Shown piece by piece: positions 23,090 to 30,317 of a DNA stretch of 32,000 nucleotides (positions within the stretch are counted from its first letter, which is position 1; each line of letters begins with the position of its first letter). The position numbers were made by a program, and so were the translations under genes. Under the pieces are notes generated by a model. The model was not told the DNA's origin. It saw only the letters and a list, made by a program, of their open reading frames with translations, and did no database searches. The DNA is from Vibrio vulnificus CMCP6 (GTDB lineage: Bacteria; Pseudomonadota; Gammaproteobacteria; Enterobacterales; Vibrionaceae): positions 1,860,001-1,892,000 of the forward strand of contig NC_004459.3 in the NCBI RefSeq assembly GCF_000039765.1. Direction: 5' to 3'.

Positions 23090-23160
23090 GTGGATAACTT
23101 CGGAATACCCGCCAACTCAGAGAGTTTTTGAGTTGGTGACGAAAAATGGACAAATAACCC

Positions 23161-23775
23161 ATGTCGAAGAACAAAGTTTTGGTGATTTATGCTCACCCGT
23201 CGCAACATCGCTCAGAGGTCAATGCGCCACTCTTTGCCGCAGCGCAAGCCGTTGACGGTGTCACGTGTGTCGATCTGTATGCCGAGTACCCTCAGTTCGA
23301 CATCAACATCGACAAAGAACAAGCTCGACTGCTGGAACATGATGTCATCGTGTTTCAGTTTCCTCTTTACTGGTATTCCACCCCTGCATTACTGAAAGAG
23401 TGGCAAGACTTGGTGCTGGAATACGGCTTTGCTTACGGGACAGATGGAACCGCTTTGAAAGACAAGCTGATGCTCTGTGTGGTTTCTGCAGGAGGCAAAG
23501 AAGAAGCATACAAAGCGGAGGGGTATAACCACTTTACCATTCGTCAATTGTTGGCACCGATTGAACAAATGGCCGCGCTAACCAGTATGCACTACCTACC
23601 ACCGTTTGCGATATTTGGTGCACGTACGGCGTTAGAGGAAAATCGTATTGATCAGCATGTCGAGCGCTACGCGACTTTGCTGCGTGCTTTAGTGGAAGAT
23701 CGAGTCAATATCCACGCCGCCAATCATTTGAACAAAATCACTCATGCCCTACCTCAAATCATCAAGGAAGCCTGA
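23161..23775 (+). CDS. NAD(P)H oxidoreductase / flavodoxin-like quinone reductase, KefG-type ancillary protein
   Basis: VLVIYAHPSQHRSEVNAPLF, FQFPLYWYSTPALLKEWQDLVLEYGFAYG; stop codon adjacent to or overlapping the Kef-like antiporter start. Confidence 0.85.
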   Translation: MSKNKVLVIYAHPSQHRSEVNAPLFAAAQAVDGVTCVDLYAEYPQFDINIDKEQARLLEHDVIVFQFPLYWYSTPALLKEWQDLVLEYGFAYGTDGTALKDKLMLCVVSAGGKEEAYKAEGYNHFTIRQLLAPIEQMAALTSMHYLPPFAIFGARTALEENRIDQHVERYATLLRALVEDRVNIHAANHLNKITHALPQIIKEA

Positions 23776-25724
23776 TGACTCAAATATTTTTACAAGCCTT
23801 CATCTACCTGATTGCCGCAGTGATTGCCGTGCCATTAGCAAAACGCTTTGGCCTAGGTTCTGTGCTTGGGTACCTTATCGCTGGCGTGGTGATTGGCCCC
23901 ATCGTTGGTTTGGTCGGGGAAGAAACCACCACCATTCAGCATTTCGCCGAATTTGGTGTGGTGATGATGTTGTTTTTGGTCGGTTTAGAGCTTGAGCCTA
24001 AAATGCTTTGGGCAATGCGTAACCGCTTGTTGGGACTAGGCGGCTTACAAGTTGCGGGTACTGCTGGGATTATTGTGGCGATTGCTGTCTATTTCGGCCA
24101 AGTGTGGACCACGGCCTTAGCGATTGGATTGATTTTCGCCTTATCATCAACGGCGATCGTGTTGCAGACCTTTAACGAGAAGCGATTAAGCAAGACGGAA
24201 GGGGGTAAAAACGCGTTTTCTGTGTTGTTGTTCCAAGACATCGCGGTCATTCCGATGCTGGCTTTCATCCCACTGCTCGCCCTGCCTGAATTGGTCGAGC
24301 AAGCTCAGCAATCCATCCAATCGGCCTCGGAGCATCATGAACAGTTGAGCCTGGTTGCCGGCTTACCTGGCTGGGCCTATGGTATCGTCATTACACTTTC
24401 CATTGGCGTGGTGATCGTCGGTGGGCATTACCTCAGTCGCCCGATCTTTCGTTACGTGGCCGATTCCGGCTTAAGAGAAATTTTTACCGCAGCTGCATTG
24501 ATGCTGGTGATTGGTATTGCGGCGTTGATGAGTTTAGTTGGACTTTCTCCTGCGTTGGGCACATTTTTGGCGGGCGTCATGCTGGCAAACAGTGAGTTTC
24601 GTCATGAGCTCGAATCGAATATTGAGCCTTTCAAAGGGCTGCTTTTGGGCTTGTTTTTCATTACGGTCGGAGCGGGCATCGATTTTACCATTCTCTTCAA
24701 TAAGTTTGGCACCATCATCGGTTTGACGTTGGCGGTGATGCTCCTGAAAGCCTTGGTGTTACTGGCGCTGTCGTTTATTTTCCGCATAAAAGGCAGTGAT
24801 CGTTGGCTGTTTGCATTGAGCTTGGCGCAGGCGGGTGAATTTGGTTTTGTGCTGCTGAGTTTCTCAGTACAAAATCACGTGATATCGACGCCTCTCTCCC
24901 AGCAACTCTCACTGGTGGTGGCGATCTCCATGTTTCTCACTCCGGGTCTATTTATCCTCTTTGATCGAGTTATTTTGCCGAAGTTCGCCACTAAGTTTAA
25001 TGAAAGAGCCGATGATGACATTGATGAAAAAGGCACAGTGATCATCGCTGGTATTGGGCGCTTTGGACAGATAGTCAATCGCTTATTGTTGTCTAACGGA
25101 ATTAAAACCGTTGCACTTGATTACCAAGCAAATCAGGTAGATGTGATGCGACAGATTGGCACTCAAGCTTACTTTGGTGATGTGACTCGCCCCGATATTC
25201 TGCACACCGCGGGAATTGAAGAAGCGGCCGCGATTGTGGTCGCGATTGATAATCGCGATGCCAGTGTAGAGTTAGTCAAGCAGGTTAAGCACGCTTACCC
25301 TAGTGTGAAAGTCATCGCCAGAGCATTTGACCGTGGACACGGTTATCGTCTGCGCCAAGCCGGGGCGGATGTGATTGAGTCAGAGACTTATCATTCGGCA
25401 CTAGAAGTGGGCGGGCAAACCATGAAATTATTGGGGGTTCATCCGTTTTTTGTTGAGCAACAAAAGATGAGATACAAGCGCGTTGAAAATCGTAAGTCAG
25501 ATTCTTTGTACAGCGCTTGGTTAGACGATTCAGAAGGTGAGCGTTTTGATAACAACTACAGAAAGTTGTTTATGCAGCTTGAAGAAAAAATGATGTTGGA
25601 AATGCAAAAGGATCGCCATACCAATCTTTCTCGCTCCGAGCGGGGTTGGACACCGCCCCCCAAAGATTACGCGGACGATCTGCAAGAGCTCAACAATGAG
25701 GTAAATGATCTCAACTTCAAATAG
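23775..25724 (+). CDS. Glutathione-regulated potassium-efflux-type CPA2 antiporter with C-terminal TrkA-N/RCK domain (KefB/KefC-like)
   Basis: LGSVLGYLIAGVVIGP, FLVGLELEPKMLW, TFLAGVMLANSEFRHELESNIEPFKGLLLGLFF, RCK domain VIIAGIGRFGQIVNRLL. Confidence 0.9.
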   Translation: MTQIFLQAFIYLIAAVIAVPLAKRFGLGSVLGYLIAGVVIGPIVGLVGEETTTIQHFAEFGVVMMLFLVGLELEPKMLWAMRNRLLGLGGLQVAGTAGIIVAIAVYFGQVWTTALAIGLIFALSSTAIVLQTFNEKRLSKTEGGKNAFSVLLFQDIAVIPMLAFIPLLALPELVEQAQQSIQSASEHHEQLSLVAGLPGWAYGIVITLSIGVVIVGGHYLSRPIFRYVADSGLREIFTAAALMLVIGIAALMSLVGLSPALGTFLAGVMLANSEFRHELESNIEPFKGLLLGLFFITVGAGIDFTILFNKFGTIIGLTLAVMLLKALVLLALSFIFRIKGSDRWLFALSLAQAGEFGFVLLSFSVQNHVISTPLSQQLSLVVAISMFLTPGLFILFDRVILPKFATKFNERADDDIDEKGTVIIAGIGRFGQIVNRLLLSNGIKTVALDYQANQVDVMRQIGTQAYFGDVTRPDILHTAGIEEAAAIVVAIDNRDASVELVKQVKHAYPSVKVIARAFDRGHGYRLRQAGADVIESETYHSALEVGGQTMKLLGVHPFFVEQQKMRYKRVENRKSDSLYSAWLDDSEGERFDNNYRKLFMQLEEKMMLEMQKDRHTNLSRSERGWTPPPKDYADDLQELNNEVNDLNFK

Positions 25725-25758
25725 TGTTATTTGATTTTTGTAAGACCAAGGTTGACTG

Positions 25759-25816
25759 AAGCCATTGCTATTCAGTGTGTCTTTTCGACGGGCATATTAT
25801 TGAGCAATGGCTTTTT
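25759..25816 (+). terminator. Possible weak or long-loop terminator or other secondary structure downstream of the Kef-like gene
   Basis: AAGCCATTGCT (25759-25769) and AGCAATGGCTT (25803-25813) are inverted, with 33 nt between, followed by TTTTT on the + strand. Confidence 0.35.
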
Positions 25817-26495
25817 AACATATCAGATTCCCATCGGCGTCGTATTCAGCGCGAGTGCCCATATCTTCTTGATATTCTTCAATTCGGGTAAAACGACAAT
25901 CAAGAGGTTGGTATTTTTCCATGATTTCTTTAACGGATTTATGTACGACGAGGCAATCCGTAAACTGCAAGTCATCCCAAATCAAGCGTTTTTCCAAGGG
26001 CACGGCAGCGAGTTTTTCTGGTGATAAGACGATTTTTTCGAAGGTGTAGAGCGGAGGCAGGTAGTCGGCAAAGACATCTTTTTCGTACTCGCTCTGGTCA
26101 AAATCAACGAAATCGTAATAGGCATAATCTCGGTCTACAGGATTTCGGAAAAAATTCAGGTAGTGGTAATCATCGTGGTAAGTGTCATCGTCATTGATGA
26201 TAACGGCTCTCAGCCATTGCGCTCCGGTGATATCGATATGGCGCAGTGCCAGATACAGCTCGCGTTTCACCATCATGTTTCTGCCGGACATATGTAAGTT
26301 ACACAACTGGTGGTGAATCCCCTGACTTACATCTTCATCCCTAAAGCCGTTTTCAAAGTAGAACCAGCGGTTGGTGTTTTCTTGAAACTGATTAAACGTA
26401 AGATCAGCTCCTGCATTTTTCTCATGACCAGTCAAAACCATAGCGTGCTCGCCCACGCGCTGGTAAACCACATAATAATCAGAAAACTTATTCAT
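25815..26495 (-). CDS. Putative immunity protein (Imm11/DUF1629-like), distal paralogue
   Basis: 226 aa, about 92% identical to the adjacent 225-aa ORF; shares ...LVVHKSVKEIMEKYQPLDCRFTRIEE, which resembles the C-terminal signature of Imm11/DUF1629; downstream of an AHH-type toxin gene. Confidence 0.72.
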   Translation of the reverse strand: MNKFSDYYVVYQRVGEHAMVLTGHEKNAGADLTFNQFQENTNRWFYFENGFRDEDVSQGIHHQLCNLHMSGRNMMVKRELYLALRHIDITGAQWLRAVIINDDDTYHDDYHYLNFFRNPVDRDYAYYDFVDFDQSEYEKDVFADYLPPLYTFEKIVLSPEKLAAVPLEKRLIWDDLQFTDCLVVHKSVKEIMEKYQPLDCRFTRIEEYQEDMGTRAEYDADGNLIC

Positions 26496-27179
26496 ATTAG
26501 ATTCCCATCGGCGTCGTATTCTGCGCGAGTACCCATGTTCTCTTTATGTTCCTCTATCCGAGTAAAACGACAGTCGAGAGGTTGGTATTTTTCCATGATT
26601 TCTTTAACGGATTTATGTACAACAAGTCGGTCAGTAAACTGCAAGTCATCCCAAATTAAGCGTTTTTCCAAGGGCACGGCAGCGAGTTTTTCTGGTGATA
26701 AGACGATTTTTTCGAAGGTGTAGAGCGGGGGCAGGTAATCAGCAAAGACATCTTTCTCGTACTCGCTCTGCTCAAAATCAACGAAATCGTAATAGGCGTA
26801 ATCTCGGTCTACAGGATTTCGAAAAAAATTCAGGTAGTGGTAATCATCGTGGTAAGTGTCATCGTCATTGATGATAACGGCTCTCAGCCATTGCGCTCCG
26901 GCGATTTCGATATGGCGCAGTGCCAGATACAGCTCGCGTTTCACCATCATGTTTCTGCCGGACATATGTAAGTTACACAACTGGTGGTGTATCCCCTGAC
27001 TTACATCTTCATCCCTAAAGCCATTTTCAAAGTAAAACCAGCGGTTGGTGTCTTCCTGGAAGTCATTACCCGTCAGGTCTCGTGGAACATCATTTTCATG
27101 CCCGACTAACACCATGGCGTGCTCGCCTACACGCTGGTAAACTACATAATAATCAGAAAACTTACTCATATCAGATTCC
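25819..27179 (-). repeat. Tandem 674-bp duplication with three copies of the 13-bp junction sequence GGAATCT(G/A)ATATG
   Basis: CATATCAGATTCC at 25819-25831, CATATTAGATTCC at 26493-26505 and CATATCAGATTCC at 27167-27179 on the + strand; exact 674-bp spacing both times. Confidence 0.9.
26492..27169 (-). CDS. Putative immunity protein (Imm11/DUF1629-like), toxin-proximal paralogue
   Basis: 225 aa, starts 1 nt after the toxin stop codon; ATGA overlap with the distal copy; GGAA SD-like sequence from the end of the toxin gene. Confidence 0.74.
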   Translation of the reverse strand: MSKFSDYYVVYQRVGEHAMVLVGHENDVPRDLTGNDFQEDTNRWFYFENGFRDEDVSQGIHHQLCNLHMSGRNMMVKRELYLALRHIEIAGAQWLRAVIINDDDTYHDDYHYLNFFRNPVDRDYAYYDFVDFEQSEYEKDVFADYLPPLYTFEKIVLSPEKLAAVPLEKRLIWDDLQFTDRLVVHKSVKEIMEKYQPLDCRFTRIEEHKENMGTRAEYDADGNLI

Positions 27180-28028
27180 TTGCTTTAATGTCCATTTATC
27201 ACCTTTGGGCCAGGTGATCACTCGGTTGTTCCAAATCGCATGTTCTTTGCTTAATTCAGGGCGTTTAAAGTTGTACTTTCGGTCGGTTTGGCCAAAATGG
27301 TTGCAGCCAACGGGGCAGCGTTCACTGGTTTCTCGAGCTTTTGTAATGTTGGTTTGGCCTCGGCATCCCACGTATGAAGAAAAATTGTTGGGGATATTGG
27401 TAAGAGCCACTTCACAAGATATGATTTGATCCAATAAACGTTTGCTTATTTTGTTTGTGATATCGTCGATATTAGGTGTTTTATCGCTTGCTTTTGTGTT
27501 AGGGGGACATCGTTTTAAATGTTCTTTGACCTTTTCAAGTTCATTTTTTACGGTGGTGTGATAGGCCTTACTTTCTACGGGCTTGTCTGGGTGTTCGCCT
27601 CGGTGTGCTTGCAAGCCTAAATGGCACGCCCCTGGCAAGGTTGCGGGCAAGCCGACTAAGTTGTCGAGGGTGTCGATGATATATCCAGCGTTGACTAACT
27701 TTTGAGCATTGCGTTTATCCAAATGCGCCCCTTTAGATGAGATTAAGTGATGGGTCTCCATATGAATGCCCAGAAAATAGGGGTGAGGCTCGCCATCCAC
27801 ATACCAGCGATTCGCGATCTGCGAGCGTTTATGCGCGGGGCGCAGCATGGCTTCTGCTTCGCTGGCCAGTTTCCAGTTGTACTTAGACCTGACATTGGCA
27901 ATCCACCGTTGTCGGTAGTCCATTTTTTCTAAGTTGCCCAATGTTTGTGGTGATTCTGAGTCATCCGAGCTTGGGTTGCCTAACGATGGCGAGGGTGAGT
28001 TTGTTCCGCTCGGTTTAATATTACGCAT
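27171..28028 (-). CDS. Putative AHH/HNH-fold nuclease toxin, separate ORF, candidate T6SS effector module
   Basis: METHHLISSKGAH...GYIIDTLDNLVGLPAT...AHRGEHPDKPV...YHTTVKNELEKV matches the AHH-nuclease layout (xHH..., LP, HRGxHP). Ser/Pro-rich N-terminus; own SD GGGAG at 28037-28041. Confidence 0.78.
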   Translation of the reverse strand: MRNIKPSGTNSPSPSLGNPSSDDSESPQTLGNLEKMDYRQRWIANVRSKYNWKLASEAEAMLRPAHKRSQIANRWYVDGEPHPYFLGIHMETHHLISSKGAHLDKRNAQKLVNAGYIIDTLDNLVGLPATLPGACHLGLQAHRGEHPDKPVESKAYHTTVKNELEKVKEHLKRCPPNTKASDKTPNIDDITNKISKRLLDQIISCEVALTNIPNNFSSYVGCRGQTNITKARETSERCPVGCNHFGQTDRKYNFKRPELSKEHAIWNNRVITWPKGDKWTLKQGI

Positions 28029-30045
28029 AATTTAATCTCCCGGCTCTGACGGGCTTAGTATCGTGGCCTGTTTTTCCGCACACGCGACATCTTGGTGGTT
28101 TGTCATCACGTTTTGGCGTCGAAACGCTCTTTTTCACCGTTCGATTGGTCCAACCCGTGAATGTCGTTGATAGTGCTTTGGATCTTGCAATCGCGATTTT
28201 TTTCAGTTTTTCGAACAGTGCAAGAAGTTGCTCAAATGCACTCAAAACTGCGTTAAGTCCACTTCGCATGTTTTGTACCGCTTTGTTGTGGCTTACTGCC
28301 TTGGCAAACATATTTGAGTATTTCGCTACTTTTTGAGACGTTGCTGCGGCTTTGACGGCGGCTCCTGCTCCGACCGAGATCAGACCAAGTAGCAATACCA
28401 ACAAAACTTCGAGAGCGATGTAAATGCCAGCTTTTCCTAGACAGTAGGTATAAAAATTAGGTGGGATCTCTTCAAAAATACGCATGATGTAGTCGAGGTA
28501 AAGCAAGACACTGTCATCTTCTTCTAACAACGCAATGAACAAGTGGAAATCTGAACTGTTACGTAACTTTTGAGCTAAGTCTGGATCAATTTCGTCTAGT
28601 GTTGACTCTATAAATCGTTGGATTTCTTTCACTTTTCGTTGTCTGATATGGCCAATTAATGCAAATATCTCCTCTCTGTATTTTACGTAAACACTTAACT
28701 CTTCAGCGGAGTTGACGGCTTTGTTGTAAATATCGAGTGGGCTATGTTCAGCAAAGAAAATTTCTATCGAGTCAGGTACTAGTGGCTCAACAACAACATC
28801 ATAAGCAATGCCAGAATAAAGCTTGGTCATTTCTGTTACACCAATGGCGAAGACATGCGAGTCAGCTTGTAGTGTCTCCAGCCAGTTACTCTCTATCGCC
28901 TTACCGCGCTCATCATATTTTATTGCGCGGATTCCATTGATGATGTTTGTACGAGCCTGAATAAATCGGTGGTCAATTTTATTCTGTATGCTTGATGCAT
29001 ATTCGCCTAATGAATCCCAACCGCGTGACAACCCTTCGGATAAGGTATCGCCAAGTTCTCCCCAAAGCTCTGGTGTAAACAAATCCAGTTGATCAGAGCT
29101 CCATGCAACAGCACCATCGTAAACGCCGTCGGCAAGAGTTAGCCATCCTCGTTCTGCCCATGCTTCATTGAATGGTTTCATGCTGTCTGAGACCGATGTA
29201 AAGATACTATCGAGTTCTTTGTGTAACTCATCAGTTAACTGTTTTATTTCACTAGCAGAACCACTCTTCCCAAGCACATCAACAAGAACCTTGGTTTGTT
29301 CGAGAGGAATATTTTCAATAACGTGGACACCGGGTTCAAATTGTTCAGATTGTTTTGCTTCTTGTACTTCGTAATGGTCAGAGTTGCGTTTTGTGGTTCC
29401 CTTCGTGTGCTTTGTTGAAGCCTCTACTTCGTGAACGAGTTTCTGAGAGCCATCGCTGGACTCAGTGCTAATGACCGAGCTATAAAACGGAATCGCGGTA
29501 TTCCAAAGATCATCATATTCCAACCGGATCTTGACCCAACTGAACTCTTCTTTCTCTGCTTCTGTTGCAAAGCTTTCGCCGTCTGTTCTAGCCGTTATAT
29601 CTTCATGCTGTTGGAATTGATCAGATAGGGAAGATTGCAATAATGGTTGATGGCTTTGTGATGTAGCCAGCGAGCTTGCGCTCTCTGCGGTACTTTCTTT
29701 AGCAGATGTGGAAGAGCTTTTAGGCGCAGGAGAGGGTTGGACGACAATCCCTGCATCTCCGATAAGCACTGTTCCTGCACCGCTAATTATAACCCCGCCA
29801 TGGGATGAACTATCGCCCAGTCTTGCAGCGGGTTTACCGTTAATAAAAACTGACGATGATCCACCAGATATACTATCTGCTGGGCCTACACATACGATTG
29901 AATCGCCTTCACGCGCAGCTGGAAGCCCCTCAATGAACACATTTGGAGAGCCGTTAACGATTGGTCCCCCCACATGGGGCACTTTACCCGTCTTTTTAGG
30001 GCAGACGTGAAAATCGGAGATGCGTGCCGCTGGCTTTTTACTCAA
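28021..30045 (-). CDS. PAAR-domain protein, N-terminal portion of a T6SS-type effector (apparent TTG start)
   Basis: N-terminal RISDFHVCPKKTGKVPHVGGPIVNGSPNVFIEGLPAAREGDSIVCVGPADSISGGSSSVFINGKPAARLGDSSSHGGVIISGAGTVLIGD is a PAAR repeat; helical middle; hydrophobic segment IYIALEVLLVLLLGLISVGAGAAV; C-terminal CRVCGKTGHDTKPV. Confidence 0.85.
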   Translation of the reverse strand: MSKKPAARISDFHVCPKKTGKVPHVGGPIVNGSPNVFIEGLPAAREGDSIVCVGPADSISGGSSSVFINGKPAARLGDSSSHGGVIISGAGTVLIGDAGIVVQPSPAPKSSSTSAKESTAESASSLATSQSHQPLLQSSLSDQFQQHEDITARTDGESFATEAEKEEFSWVKIRLEYDDLWNTAIPFYSSVISTESSDGSQKLVHEVEASTKHTKGTTKRNSDHYEVQEAKQSEQFEPGVHVIENIPLEQTKVLVDVLGKSGSASEIKQLTDELHKELDSIFTSVSDSMKPFNEAWAERGWLTLADGVYDGAVAWSSDQLDLFTPELWGELGDTLSEGLSRGWDSLGEYASSIQNKIDHRFIQARTNIINGIRAIKYDERGKAIESNWLETLQADSHVFAIGVTEMTKLYSGIAYDVVVEPLVPDSIEIFFAEHSPLDIYNKAVNSAEELSVYVKYREEIFALIGHIRQRKVKEIQRFIESTLDEIDPDLAQKLRNSSDFHLFIALLEEDDSVLLYLDYIMRIFEEIPPNFYTYCLGKAGIYIALEVLLVLLLGLISVGAGAAVKAAATSQKVAKYSNMFAKAVSHNKAVQNMRSGLNAVLSAFEQLLALFEKLKKIAIARSKALSTTFTGWTNRTVKKSVSTPKRDDKPPRCRVCGKTGHDTKPVRAGRLNYA
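28036..28041 (-). promoter_or_regulatory. Ribosome-binding site for the nuclease ORF, inside the end of the PAAR gene
   Basis: Minus strand reads GGGAGATTAAATTATGCGTAA: GGGAG lies 8 nt before the ATG. Confidence 0.7.
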
Positions 30046-30267
30046 TGTGTTCTACCTACGTCATGGTTTGAATGGCGAGATTATCAAGACCAAAGCAGTG
30101 AAGTAGCAATGAAATATGGTCGGTTTTTGATTGGAATGCGAACGATAGCAACGATATATGTAACTGATAATTAAGTTTTTATTTCTAATTAAAACACGTA
30201 ACGCAACTTTGGTGTTTTTGCCGCTGAACAAGAGGTTTATTGAAAGGCGGTAAGAGTCTTTATACAT

Positions 30268-30293
30268 AAAAAAACGGGAGCTCGGCTCCCGTT
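30268..30293 (-). terminator. Rho-independent terminator of fadE
   Basis: Minus strand AACGGGAGC-CGA-GCTCCCGTTTTTTT, 25 nt beyond the fadE stop. Confidence 0.92.
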
Positions 30294-30317
30294 GTACTTG
30301 TGATACTTTTGTGGTGA

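Noticed and set aside
25731-26024. 97-aa + strand ORF and similar + strand ORFs (26310-26723, 27082-27429) in the toxin/immunity region
   Set aside because: They lie antisense to the well-supported immunity and toxin ORFs, have no recognisable domains, and are explained as shadow frames.
28021-28034. Programmed ribosomal frameshift fusing the PAAR and nuclease ORFs
   Set aside because: TAA at 28032-28034 in the nuclease frame, a good SD before its ATG, and no canonical slippery heptamer. Coupled reinitiation is simpler, though sequencing error or an old frameshift cannot be fully excluded.
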